A stretch of 64,000 nt of DNA from Eledone cirrhosa. Lineage: Eukaryota. The notes below the pieces were generated by a model. That model was given only the letters and a program-made list of their open reading frames with translations, did no database searches and had not been told where the DNA came from. A program made the position numbers and the translations under genes. Of the stretch, positions 12,446 to 27,289 are shown in pieces (positions within the stretch are counted from its first letter, which is position 1; each line of letters starts with the position of its first letter). The DNA lies in assembly GCA_964016885.1 (NCBI GenBank), contig OZ024743.1, positions 62,744,001-62,808,000 of the forward strand. Reading direction: 5' to 3'.

Positions 12446-14053
12446 CTTAGCTTTTGTCGACCTGGAGAAAGCCTTCGACAGAGTCGCCCGCTCCACTATC
12501 TGGTGGGCTCTTAGAAAACTAGGCGTTGACGAATGGCTTGTGAGAGCTATACAAGCCATGTATAAAGAAACAGTCAGCAAGGTTAGAATTAACAAGGAAT
12601 ATAGCGAAGAGTTTAGTGTAAAAGTTGGTGTCCATCAGGGCTCTGTTCTTAGCCCCCTACTATTTATTATTGCCCTTCAGGCTATAACAGAGGAGTTCAA
12701 GACTGGCTACCCATGGGAACTCCTATACGCAGATGATCTAACGCTCATAGCTGAATCAATGGCCGAGCTAGAGAAGAAATTCCAAACATGGAAGCACGGC
12801 CTAGAATCAAAAGGCCTTAAAATTAACCTGGCTAAGACTAAAGTTCTAGTTTGTAGGAAAGAAAATAAGGTGCCGGTCCCTTCCGGGAAATGGCCATGCT
12901 CAGTGTGTAGGAAAGGCGTAGGTAGAAACTCCATTTTATGTCCCAAATGCAAAGTATGGGTGCATAAAAGATGTAGTGGGATCACAGGTAAGCTAATTAA
13001 GAACATAGATTTTACATGTGGCCGGTGCTCCGGTGAAATAAGTAGCAGCAAGTGCCCACAAAATACTAGCTCTTTCAATTGCGCAGAGGGTTCTATAGAA
13101 ATAGTGGACAGCTTCCGTTACCTGGGTGACAAAATCAGCAGTGGGGGAGGGTGCTCTGAAAGTACAGTAGCTAGAGTCAGAACTGGATGGAAAAAGTTCA
13201 GAGAGCTTATACCACTATTAGCCGCTAGAGGGTTCTCCCTAAAAATGAAAGGCAGGTTATATGATGCCTGCATATGAACATCAATGTTGCATGGCAGTGA
13301 GACCTGGGCATTGTGTGCAGAGGATATACGCAGACTAGAGAGGAACGAAGTTTGCATGCTCCGCTGGATATGTAATAGTAATATACGTGAACGGCAAAGC
13401 ATAAACGAACTAAGGAAAAATTTAGAAATAAGAGGGATCAAATGTTGTTTACTCGAGAGAAGGCTACGTTGGTATGGTCACATGATGCGCATGAAAGACG
13501 ACAGCTGTATAACAAAGTGAAGGGCAATAAAGATAGACGGTAGGCAGACCCAGAAAGACCTGGGACGAGCTGATAAATTCCGACCTCACACACTTACACC
13601 TCTCCAAGACAATGTCACTGGACCGAGACCTTTGGCGGTACTCAGTAATAGAGAAGACCCGCCTTACCTAAATACAAATTAAAACATACTACAGTCAGTA
13701 GGCATCTCTAACAAAATACACCCCCGTCCCACCACCCCCACCCCATCCACACCGCCCCTTTCAATGTAAAGTTATGTTGGTGCCACAACATCCAGGCCGA
13801 AACAAATGAGATCGTGTAGGTGTCATGACAAAAAAACACAGTCCACGCTGTAATGTGGCCATGTAGGCAACACGGTAAAAACCTCCCAGCCCCACACTGT
13901 AAATGTCGTTGGTGTTAGGAAGGGCATCCAGCTGTAGAAAACCCGCCAGACAGTCCTATGCGTGCAATGACAACCACTCTTGCCTCAAGTGGAAAACTCC
14001 CGTCCAAACCCATGCAAGCATGGAACATGGACGTTAAACGATGATGATGATGA
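12446..14053 (+). mobile_element. RTE-clade LINE, 5'-truncated, with a PHD finger inserted in the RT
   Basis: AFVDLEKAFDRV, GVHQGSVLSPLLF, LLYADDL, KTKV, C4HC3 insert, FRYLG, MLHGSETW, RLRWYGH; (GAT)n tail; premature stop at 13275-13277. Confidence 0.92.
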
Positions 14054-17000
14054 TATATATATATATAATTTTTAAATATGTATATAATTTATATATATAT
14101 ATATATAATTTATATATGTATATATAATTTATATATGTATATATAATTTATATATGTATATATAATTTATAAATATATATATAATTTATAAATATATATA
14201 TAATTTATAAATATATATATAATTTATAAATATATAATTTATAAATATATATATAATTTATATATATATATAATTTATAAATATATATAATTTATAAATA
14301 TATATATAATTTATAAATATATATATATAATTTATATATATATATATATAATTTATATATATATATATATAATTTATATATATATATATATAATTTATAT
14401 ATATATATATATAATTTATAAATATATATATATAATTTATAAATATATATATAATTTATAAATATATATATAATTTATAAATATATATATAATTTATAAA
14501 TATATATATAATTTATATATATATATATAATTTATATATATATATATAATTTATATATATATATATAATTTATAAATATATATATAATTTATAAATATAT
14601 ATATAATTTATATATATATATATAATTTATATATATATATATAATTTATATATATATATATAATTTATATATATATATATAATTTATATATATATATATA
14701 ATTTATAAATATATATATAATTTATAAATATATATATAATTTATAAATATATATATAATTTATAAATATATATATAATTTATAAATATATATATAATTTA
14801 TAAATATATATATAATTTATAAATATATATATATAATTTATAAATATATATATATAATTTATAAATATATATATATAATTTATAAATATATATATAATTT
14901 ATAAATATATATATAATTTATAAATATATATATAATTTATAAATATATATATAATTTATAAATATATATATAATTTATATATATATATATAATTTATATA
15001 TATATATATAATTTATATATATATATATAATTTATATATATATATATAATTTATATATATATATATAATTTATATATATATATATAATTTATATATATAT
15101 ATATAATTTATATATATATATATAATTTATATATATATATATAATTTATATATATATATATAATTTATATATATATATATAATTTATATATATATATATA
15201 ATTTATATATATATATATAATTTATATATATATATATAATTTATATATATATATATAATTTATATATATATATATAATTTATATATATATATATATATAA
15301 TTTATATATATATAAATTATATACATATATAAATTATATATATCAATTATATATATATAAATTATATATATATGTAAATTATATATATATATAAATTATA
15401 TATATATATAAATTATATATATATATAAATTATATATATATATAAATTATATATATATATAAATTATATATATATATATAAATTATATATATATATAAAT
15501 TATATATATATATACATTAAATATATATATAAATTATATATATATATATAATTTATATATATATATATAATTTATATATATATATATAATTTATATATAT
15601 ATATATAATTTATATATATATATATAATTTATATATATATATATAATTTATATATATATATAATTTATATATATATATAATTTATATATGTATATAATTT
15701 ATATATATATATAATTTATATATATATATAATTTATATATATATATAATTTATATATATATATAATTTATATATATATATAATTTATATATATATATATA
15801 ATTTATATATATATATATAATTTATATATATATATAATTTATATATATATATATAATTTATATATATATATATAATTTATATATATATATATAATTTATA
15901 TATATATATATATAATTTATATATATATATATAATTTATATATATATATATATAATTTATATATATATATATATAATTTATATATATATATATATACTTT
16001 ATATATATATATACTTTATATATATATACTTTATATATATATATACTTTATATATATATACTTTATATATATATACTTTATATATATATATATATATATA
16101 CTTTATATATATATATACTTTATATATATATACTTTATATATATATACTTTATATATATATATATAATTTATATATATATATATAATTTATATATATATA
16201 TATATAATTTATATATATATATATAATTCATATATATATATATAATTTATATATATATATATATATAATTTATATATATATATATAATTTATATATATAT
16301 ATATAATTTATATATATATATATAATTTATATATATATATATAATTTATATATATATATAATTTATATATGTATATAATTTATATATATATATAATTTAT
16401 ATATATATATAATTTATATATATATATAATTTATATATATATATAATTTATATATATATATAATTTATATATATATATATAATTTATATATATATATATA
16501 ATTTATATATATATATAATTTATATATATATATATAATTTATATATATATATATAATTTATATATATATATATAATTTATATATATATATATATAATTTA
16601 TATATATATATATAATTTATATATATATATATATAATTTATATATATATATATATAATTTATATATATATATATATACTTTATATATATATATACTTTAT
16701 ATATATATACTTTATATATATATATACTTTATATATATATACTTTATATATATATACTTTATATATATATATATATATATACTTTATATATATATATACT
16801 TTATATATATATACTTTATATATATATACTTTATATATATATATATAATTTATATATATATATATAATTTATATATATATATATATAATTTATATATATA
16901 TATATAATTCATATATATATATATAATTTATATATATATATATATATAATTTATATATATATATATAATTTATATATATATATATAATTTATATATATAT

Positions 17001-17188
17001 ATATAATTTATATATATATATATAATTTATATATATATATATAATTTATATATTTATATATATATATATATAAATTATATATATATATATATAAATTATA
17101 TATATATATATATAAATTATATATATATATATAAATTATATATATATATACAAATTATATATATATATATAAATTATATATATATATA
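14054..17188. repeat. ~3.1 kb interrupted (TA)n array
   Basis: Seen directly; contains a 681-bp higher-order duplication. Confidence 0.95.
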
Positions 17189-18350
17189 CTAGCAGAAGTG
17201 CCCGGCGTTGCTCGGGGCTGAGGAACTGATGTATTATAATGAATATTCCATCTCGTTTGGTTTGCAGGCCTGGTGTGTCATGATCTCTGTTAACTACGGT
17301 ATATATAATCTGGTTGCAGCTAGAAAAATAGACATACCACAGCAGGGTTTGTACCTACATAGGTGATCCCCTGTCTATTTGACTTTCGCCTGACCTAACT
17401 GAGGTCGTAGGTGAAAGGGATAGGATCAATCACTTTTTGACAGGACAAAGAAAACGTTTGTTGGTGCCTGTTTATGTCGTGGTTTTTTTGGGGGGTTCAA
17501 TCCCTAATTTTTTTATTCCTTACTGAAAGTACTTAATGAACCTGTGAACGTCCCGAGCAGTTAAGAATGAGAAATGGAATTGTTTCTGGCGCGATTGAAA
17601 ACTACATTGAAACACGCACACGTGTGTATTGACGGTATTACACACACACACATGCTAACGGTGACATAACATTTACAGGTTATATAAACTTTTCATGCTA
17701 TATAACATCGTACTGACTACATTGCCTTTTACCTGCTACATAGCTTTACCGGCTACGCAATTGATCTTGTTGTTTAAGGAAGTCTGCGAATAGTGTTTTA
17801 AAAAATTATTTGTTAATTCATATGATGTGAAATGGAAGGGTAGTATTATCGCCATGAAGATTAACAACCGAAAATGAAAATAATTATGTCGTTTGATTTT
17901 ACGATTGAAAGAAAATAATGGTCGCAAATTAGAATTTTTATTTGTTAATGAAGTGTGTATGTGTGGTTAGAAATCCGGCACGTGGTTAAATTGATTTAAA
18001 GTTTAATTATTCATTTGATGTGAGTGTGTGTTTTATGTGTTTGCAAATAAACAAATCAGTTTGAAGACTAATTTAGAATAAACGAAATTGTACGTTAATG
18101 TGGCTAATGTTTTTGTTGTTTAGTCTGTAAAGTGTATGAGTGAGAGAGTAAAACGGACATATCACCATTAACAGGAACAATGTAAAATGAAAAGAATAGT
18201 TGTTTCAGCTTGGAAAGAGAAAGTAGCAGAAAGTATGAAGTTGTATAGATTTTGAAGAGTAATGGAAAGATTTTAGCAGTTGAAATGAGAGAGGTAAATC
18301 GTGTAATATTGAGTTTTATCGATTTTTTGCATAATTGTGGGGGAAATTTA
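17189..18350 (-). mobile_element. Putative non-autonomous Helitron-like element inserted in the TA array
   Basis: Minus strand ends ccgagcaacgccggg-cacttctg-CTAG (hairpin plus CTAG, followed by T). Distal boundary inferred from where the TA array resumes. Confidence 0.5.
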
Positions 18351-21014
18351 TATATATAATTTATACATAAATTGTGGGGGAATATATATATAAATTATAT
18401 ATATATATAAATTATATATATATATATAAATTATATATATATATAAATTATATATATATATATAAGTTATATATATATATAAATTATATATATATATAAA
18501 TTATATATATATATAAATTATATATATATATAAATTATATATATATATATATATATAAATTATATATATATATATAATTTATATATATATATAAATTATA
18601 TATATATATATAAATTATATATATATATAAATTATATATATATATAAATTATATATATAAATATAAATTATATATATATATATAAATTATATATATAAAT
18701 TGTATATGTATATATATATAAATTATATATATATATTTAATTATATATATATATATAATTTATATATATATATAATTTATATATATATATATAATTTATA
18801 TATATATATATAATTTATATATATATAGAAATTATATATATATAATTTATATATAATTTATATATATATATAATTTATATATATATATATAATTTATATA
18901 TATATATATAATTTATATATATATAGAAATTATATATATATATATAATTTATATATATATATATAATTTATATATATATAGAAATTATATATATATAATT
19001 TATATATAATTTATATATATATATATAATTTATATATATATATATATAATTTATATATATATATACAATTTATATATATATATATAATTTATATATATAT
19101 ATAAATTATATATATATATATAAATTATATATATATATATATTATATATATATATAAATTGTATATGTATATATATATATAAATTGTATATGTATATATA
19201 TATAAATTATATATATATATCTAATTTATATATATATATATATAATTTATATATATATATAATTTATGTATATATATAATTTATGTATATATATATATAT
19301 AATTTATATATATATATGATTTATATATATATATAATTTATATATATATATAATTTATATATATATATATAAATAATTTATACATATATATATAATTTAT
19401 ATATATATATATAATTTATATATATATATATAATTTATATATATATATATAATTTATATATATATATATAATTTATATATATATATAATTCATATATATA
19501 TATATAAATTATATATATATATATATATAATTTATATATATATATATAATTTATATATATATATATATAATTTTATATATATATATAATTTATATATATA
19601 TATAAATTATATATATATAAGTTATATATATATATAATTTATAAATATATATAATTTATATATATATATATATATAATTTATATATGTATATATATAATT
19701 TATATATATATATATAATTTATATATATATATAAATTATATATATATATATAAATTATATATATATAAAAATTGTATATGTATAATTTATATATATATAT
19801 AATTTATATATATAACTAATTTATATATATATATATATAATTTATATAGATATATATATAATTATATATATATATATAATTATATATATATATATAATTA
19901 TATATATATATATATATATATAATTTATATATATTTATAATTTATATATATATAATTTATAAATATATATAGAATTTATATATATATATATAATTTATAA
20001 ATATATATATAATTTATATATATATATAATTTATACATATATATAAAATTTAAATATATACATATAAATTATATATATATATAATATATAATAATTATAT
20101 AAATATNNNNNNNNNNNNNNNNNNNNNNNNNNNNNNNNNNNNNNNNNNNNNNNNNNNNNNNNNNNNNNNNNNNNNNNNNNNNNNNNNNNNNNNNNNNNNN
20201 NNNNNNNNNNNNNNNNNNNNNNNNNNNNNNNNNNNNNNNNNNNNNNNNNNNNNNNNNNNNNNNNNNNNNNNNNNNNNNNNNNNNNNNNNNNNNNNNNNNN
20301 NNNNNNATATATTATATATATATATATATAAATTTAATATATATATATATAAATTATTATATAAATAGCTATATTTATATAATTTATATATATATATAAT
20401 AATTTATAGTATATATATATAATTAATATAATTATATATATATATAAATAATTTATATCTATATTATATATAATTTATATATATATATATATAATAATTA
20501 TATATATATATTATATAAATATATATAATATATATATATATATATAATTTAATTTATATATATATATATTATATATATATATAAATAATTATATATATAT
20601 ATATATATTATATATATATATATATAATTATTTATATATTATATAATAATTATATATATATATATAATTTATATATATATATATAATTTATATATATATA
20701 TATATACATTTATATATATATAGTATATTATTATATATATATAATTTATTATATATAATATAGTATTTATATATATTTATATTATATATATATATATATA
20801 TATTTATATTAGATACTATATAATATATATATATATTTATATATAGTATATATAATATTTATATATAATTATATATATATATAATTATATATATAATTAT
20901 ATATATATATAAATTTATATATATATATTATATATATATATATAATATTATATATATAATAATTATATATATATAATATATATATATATAATTATATATA
21001 TATATAATTTATAT

Positions 21015-21047
<33 letters not shown>

Positions 21048-21176
21048 TATATATTTATATATATATATATATTTATATCATATAATTTATATATATATAA
21101 TTTATATATATATATATGTTATATATATATAAATGATTTATATATATATAATATGATATATATATATAATTATATC
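18351..21176. repeat. Interrupted (TA)n array spanning an assembly gap
   Basis: Seen directly; the pattern degrades next to the N run. Confidence 0.95.
20107..20306. other. Assembly gap (200 N)
   Basis: Run of n. Confidence 1.
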
Positions 21177-21181
21177 TTCCT

Positions 21182-22656
21182 ATCATCATCCATCAGTTAG
21201 TGTGGGCTGGGGCGGTTTTTTACCGTGGATTTCCTACACGAGCCAAGAGTGGTTGTCTTGCTCGCTAGGACTGTCTGGCGGGTTTTCTACAGTTGGATGC
21301 CCTTCTAACACCAACCACATTTACAGTGTGGGGCTGGAGGTTTTTACCGTGTTGCCTACACGGCCACATTACAGCGTGGACTGTCTGGCGGTTTCTACAG
21401 CTGGATGCCCTTCCTAACACCAACCACATTTACAGTGTGGGGGCTGGGAGGTTTTTACCGTGTTGCCTACACGGCCACATTTACAGCGTGGACTGTGTGT
21501 TTTTTGTCGTGACACCTACACGATCTCATTTGTTTCGGCCTGGATGTTGTGGGACCAACATAACTTTACATTGAAAGGGGCTGGTGTGGGTGGGGTGGAG
21601 GTGGTGGGACGGGGGTGTGTTTTGATAGAGGTGCCTACTGACTGTAGTAGGTTTTTACTTTGTATTTATATTTAGGTTTTTACTTTGTATTATATAATTT
21701 ATATATATATATATATAAATTTATATATATATATATATATAATATTATATATATATATATATCATCACCATCATCATTACCGTTTTACATCCGTTCTTCC
21801 ATGCTAGCATGGGTTAGACGAGTTGTCCTGTTGTGGGCAGTGTCTCGTCGGCTGACCATGCCTTGCTCATACAGGAACTGATATTGGCTTGATTTCTACA
21901 GCTGGATGCCCTTCCTAACACCAACCTCATTTACAGTGAGTGCTGGGTGCTTTTTTCTATGGCGCCTACACGTCCATTTTACAGTGTGGGCTGGGTACAT
22001 TTTTGCCGTGGCACCTCCACGACCACTTTGCAGTGGGAGGGGGGGGCACATTGTCTATATGCTTCATGGGAGGTCGGGTACTCTGTATTACTTCGTGACG
22101 CCAGAGGTCACGGTCGTGTGTCATCACCTTTGTGAGGTGCAACTGGGTAAGGTCGGCCCCTATCACCTCATCCCAGGTCTTCTTGGGTCTCCCCACGCTG
22201 CGGTTTCCATTGACTTCTAGTGCTCTGCACCTTTTTATGCAGCTGTCATCCTTCATACGCATCACATGTCCATACCAACGCATCCGCCTCTCCTGCACAC
22301 AGCATTTGATTCCTCTGATGCTCAGTCTCTCTCACAATTCATTTATGCTTTGCCGTTCGCATATATTAATATTACACATCCATCGGAGCATGCAAGCTTC
22401 GTTTATTTCTAATCTACGTAAGTCTTCCACCTTCCACGCCCAGGTCTCACTACCATGTAACATTGCTGTTCGGATACACGCATCATACAGTCTGCCTTTC
22501 ATTTTGAGGGAGAAGCCTTTTGCAGCTAGCAGTGGCAGTAGTTCCCTGAACTTCTTCCATCCCGTTCTTACCTTAGTTATTGTACTTTCTGAACACGCAC
22601 CTGCTAATTCGGTCACCTAGGTAGCAGAAGCTGTCTACTGTTTCTACAGAGCCCTC

Positions 22657-22660
<4 letters not shown>
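21182..22660 (-). mobile_element. Two RTE fragments in tandem: 3' UTR copy (21182-21676) and a thumb plus 3' UTR copy (21762-22660)
   Basis: 21182-21676 is the inverse of ~13670-14050 with an internal duplication. The second reads VDSFCYLG...WKKFRELLPLL...MLHGSETW...RMRWYGHVMRM...GRPKKTW. Confidence 0.9.
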
Positions 22661-22695
<35 letters not shown>

Positions 22696-22725
22696 TATGT
22701 GTATATATATATATAGATATGTGTA

Positions 22726-22765
<40 letters not shown>

Positions 22766-22893
22766 CATATCCATCTATATATATACATATCTATATATGT
22801 GTATATATATATATATATAGACACCTATATATATATATATATCTATACACACCTATATATATATATATACATATCTATATAAATTATATATAT

Positions 22894-23086
22894 AGGCAAC
22901 ACGGTAAAAACTTCCCAGACCCACACTGTAAATGTGGTTGGTGTTAGGAAGGGCATCCAACTGTAGAAAACCTGCCAGACAGTCCTATGCGAGCAAGACA
23001 ATCACTCTTGCCTCAAGTGGGAAAACCCCCGTCCAAACCCATGCAAGCGTGGAACACGGACGTTAAACGTTGATGATGATGATGAT
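22894..23086 (+). mobile_element. RTE 3' tail fragment
   Basis: Near-identical to 13864-14053, ending ggacgttaaac(gat)n. Confidence 0.85.
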
Positions 23087-23154
23087 ATAAATTATATAAA
23101 TTATATATACATATAAATTATATATATATATATATAAATAAATTATATATATAT

Positions 23155-23197
<43 letters not shown>

Positions 23198-23297
23198 TAT
23201 ATATATATATAAATTATATATATATATATAAATTATATATATATAAATAAATTATATATATATATAAATTATATATATATATAAATTATATATATAT

Positions 23298-23342
<45 letters not shown>

Positions 23343-23429
23343 TACATATATATATAAATTATATATATATTTATATAAATATAAATAAATTATATATATA
23401 TAATTTACATATATATATAATTTATATAA

Positions 23430-24773
23430 ATAATGTATACCCATTTGATAACATGGATCTCCACAATGCCAACTGGGATGCAATTATGAACGAACTATCA
23501 CATGTCGACTGGTCTTTTACACACGCACACACTTCCACCAACATCAAAACATCTTGGCAGATCTTTGTAGACTGTCACAAATAAATGTACAAAACACACC
23601 CCACCAAAATCTGTGAACAAAACCAAGTGCAGTATCCCCAAAACAGAAAAACAATTATTAGAAAAATAAAAAGAACAAACAATAAAATTAACACACTAAA
23701 ATACTGCCAACAGCAACACACACATTCAATGGCTATCACCCTGCTTGAGTCAAAAAAATATAACCTCCAGCAATGCATGATGACCATCATCAATAACCAG
23801 AGAATAGCTGAAGAGAGGTGGGCCATTGAGAAAATCAAACTCAACCCCAAAGTGTTCTTCTCATTCGCTAAAAAACACAAGGTCACCATCTCCACTGTTT
23901 GCCCCCTAGTTGATGAATATGGCACACTCCAGGACAAGGCCCAAACCATGGGCGAGATACTGCAGAAACAATACGGCTCTGTTTTCAGCAACCCTGATAT
24001 GGCCGATCTGGGCCGTATCAGTGATATTAACCCCCAACACACTATATCAGACATCAAGTTTGGCGCCCCTGATGTCTTAGCGGCAATAAACGAAATTAAA
24101 CACAATTCAGCAGTAGGCCCCGACAGGTTCCCTGCTTTTGTCCTGAAGGTGTGTCGACACCAACTTGCAACTCCTCTTGTTAATCTGTGGAGGAACTCAC
24201 TGGATACTGGCTATATTCCTGAAAACTTTCTGTCCCAGTCCGTTGTCCTAGTCTTCAAAAAGGGAAATAAGTCCCTTGCAGTGAACTACCATTCCGATCT
24301 CACTCACCTCTCATATTATCAAGGTATTTGAGAGGGTGGTGAGATCACGAATAACCCACTTTCTTGAAAGCAATGGCCTGCTGAACTCCAACCAACATGA
24401 ATTCCGTAATGGAAGGGACTGCCTAACGCAGCTCCTGCATCACTTTGACAATGTTTTGAGAGCTTTGGGAGAGGGCTCCAACACTGATGTCATCTACCTT
24501 GATTTCAGCAAGGCCTTCGACAGAGTTGATCATAAGATTCTACTGAAAAAACTATCCAATGTTGGTGTCTCTAGAAGGTTACTACAATGGATCAAATGTT
24601 TCCTGACAGGTAGAACCCAGCATGTTGTAGTTGAAGGAGTAGAATCAAGCCCTGCCAAAGTGGGCAGTGGCGTCCCACAAGGCACTGTGTTGGGCCCACT
24701 TCTTTTCATCATCTACATTAATGACATTACTGACATCATCAAACACAGCAACATCAGAATTTTCGCATATATT

Positions 24774-24810
<37 letters not shown>

Positions 24811-25597
24811 ATATATTTATATAATCCACTTTGGAAAAAAGGATGCTCTGAAACTACCATACTCTCTTCCTTCGGGTGAAACCCTGGTGGCTTCCAATAA
24901 CATCAGAGACCTGGGAGTAATTGTGGACAACAATATAAGCTGGGTCACTCATATAAACAGCAAAGTTGATATGGCCCGCAGAGTGTGTTCCTGGATTCTC
25001 AGAACTTTCCAGTCGAGAGATATCCACACTGTTGTCCTTGTCTTCTCCACTTTTGCCCGATCCCACCTTGAATACTGTTGTCCACTGTGGTCACCCTAAA
25101 GGTCAATTACAAAAAAGATAGTTGGCATGACAGGCCTTAACTATTGGGGTCAATTAGAAAAGCTCAACCTTTATTCTCTTCAACGTCGCCGTGAGCGCTA
25201 CATTATCTGTATGATGTGGAAAATATTCATTCAGCTTAGCCCAAATGATGTTGGCATCACCTTTAGTGTACACCCAAGGCTTGGGCCCCATGCTATCCGC
25301 CCACAACAAAAATCCCACTCGCATCACATAACAATACGGCATAATTATTTCACCTCAATTGGCCCTGCTCTTTTTAACATTACACCAAAACACATCAAAA
25401 CAGAAACAGACCCCATCAAGTTCAAGAAGTTTTTGGACAAATTCCTTCAAGAAATCCCGGATAAACCTCCGTAAACAATAACTCTTTGCTTGAGTGGGGC
25501 ATGGTGCCCAAACACTGATTTGTCAGACTTCGCCAGGTGGTGCTATTAAGTTAGACATGGCCTGGGCCAATACTGGCCGAAACCTATCAAAGTTATA
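23430..25597 (+). mobile_element. CR1/L2-group LINE ORF2 remnant
   Basis: IKLNPKVFFSF, SAVGPD, VFKKG, HEFRNGRDCLTQLL, YLDFSKAFDRVDH, SGVPQGTVLGPLLFIIYIND, LEYCCPLWSP; frameshifts; catalytic DD region replaced by (TA)n at 24768-24823. Confidence 0.92.
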
Positions 25598-26274
25598 TAT
25601 ATTTATTTATATATCTAATATATATGTGTGAAATGGGTGGTGGTTGAAATTCAGTTGTGCACGGTTAAAAGGAAGCAAATAGACGAGGTTTCAAATCTAG
25701 TCGTTGATAACACACGAAAAAAAAAAAAAAAAGTGAAAATAGTGAACGCTTTAAGGAGGGGCCCCAAGTAGACGGAGCTGGTATTTAATGATAACGAACA
25801 AACAAAATAACTGAATAATAATGAACAATAAAAAAAAAAGGGGGGGATTGTAGTATCAAAAATGATAAAAACAATGCTCCTTCCCACACCCTGATGTAAA
25901 ACGCGAAGGTGAGGGTCACTGCACTCGTAACCGAACAAATAAAATGCCAAAATATCAGAAATAAGCTTTTTTTTCGAACCTGTGACGTTCGAGACGTTTG
26001 GTGGAGTTGGCGGCTGAGAGCGAAGTTCTTATCACTGTTAGTAATTCCCCTTATCGACATATTAAGTGATGCCCACGGGGGTGCTTGGTTATTAGTGTCT
26101 TAAACTCGTTATAATCTGCACACAAGTTGCGACTGTGTTGGTTTGCCTAAAAAAATATTAGAAGGAAACTCCAGCATCCCTTATTGCTGCACGTTATTGA
26201 GTGTGTATGTCTTCTCTCACTTCCCCCTCCTTTTTTTGTTAAATATATAAATTGTGTTTATTAGTATATGCATA

Positions 26275-26490
26275 ATAATGGTTTCTGGTTTAGGCACAAA
26301 GCCATCCATTTGAAGGGAAGGGAAAGTCGATTAAATCGACACTAGTGTGTTACTAGTACTTTATTTTATCGACTCCGTAAGGATGAAAGGCAAAGCTAAC
26401 CTCGGCGAGATTTGAACTCAGAAAGTAAAAGGCCGTACCTCTATGTCACGAAGCATGTTGTCCAAAACGCTCTACTGATTCTGCCAATCC
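26275..26490 (-). mobile_element. tRNA-derived SINE with Deu/Nin-like core
   Basis: Minus strand B-box gagttcaaatc plus gcctttcatccttacggagtcgataaaataaagtac core. Confidence 0.75.
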
Positions 26491-26757
26491 TAAGTATATA
26501 TACACCATAATAATAAACAATCGCACACATGACTTCATGTGCGCCTATGCAGCAGAGGTCCGAGGAGCTTTTGATTCTAGAGTCGGGCCAGATCGAACCT
26601 TGAGCTGATCAATAACGAAACGCACGTCACCAATCAATAAACGCAATGAAGGCTGAACAAATCGTCCTTGTATTACTGGGGTCGATTTAATTGACTTTCT
26701 CCTCCTAAATTGCTAGCCTTGTGCCTATATAAGAAACTATTATTATATATATAGGAC

Positions 26758-26941
26758 GGTGGATTGGCAGTATCGGTAGAGGGTCGGACGCCATGCTTTC
26801 TAGCATAGTTACGTCCCTTTACAGTCTGAGTTCAAATCCCGCCGAGGTTAACTTTGCCTTTCATCCTCATGAGGTCGATAAAATAAAGTACCAGTAATGT
26901 ACTGGGTAATTGCTGACCTTGTGCTTAAAGTAGAAACAATT
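26758..26941 (+). mobile_element. tRNA-derived SINE with Deu/Nin-like core
   Basis: A-box-like tggcagtatcgg, B-box gagttcaaatcc, core gcctttcatcc...ggtcgataaaataaagtaccag. Further copies at 29521-29706 (+), 36640-36730, 36885-37082, 37170-37357 (-) and degenerate at 39730-39800 and 49040-49590. Confidence 0.8.
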
Positions 26942-27289
26942 ATATATGTGTGTGTGTGTGTGAACAATAGTTGGTTAATTTATGAAGTATTGGAAAATTG
27001 ACTTTTATTGACTGTTGTATAAAAAGAAATATAATAGTTGTTTCTTCTTTTTTATAATAAACACAGAGCGGGAGCACAAATAAATATAATATAAAGGAAA
27101 GGGAAAGAGAAAACAAGAAGGCAGCCGTCCCTGCCGGACGGGTTTTTTAGGGCTCCACTTAAGTTCACAAAAGCAACACATGCGACTACCCACCAAAAAC
27201 AAGAAATCAATCACATTGATATATACAAGTTATCGTCAAGCGAGCGGTCAATGCCAAATTCAGCGAATTTGACATTAAAATATCATCAG

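Noticed and set aside
26758-26850. tRNA gene (A and B boxes)
   Set aside because: No cloverleaf; it is the head of a multi-copy SINE.
27125-27148. Hairpin ccgtcc/ggacgg plus T-run resembling a rho-independent terminator
   Set aside because: Eukaryotic context with no bacterial gene upstream; short enough to be chance.
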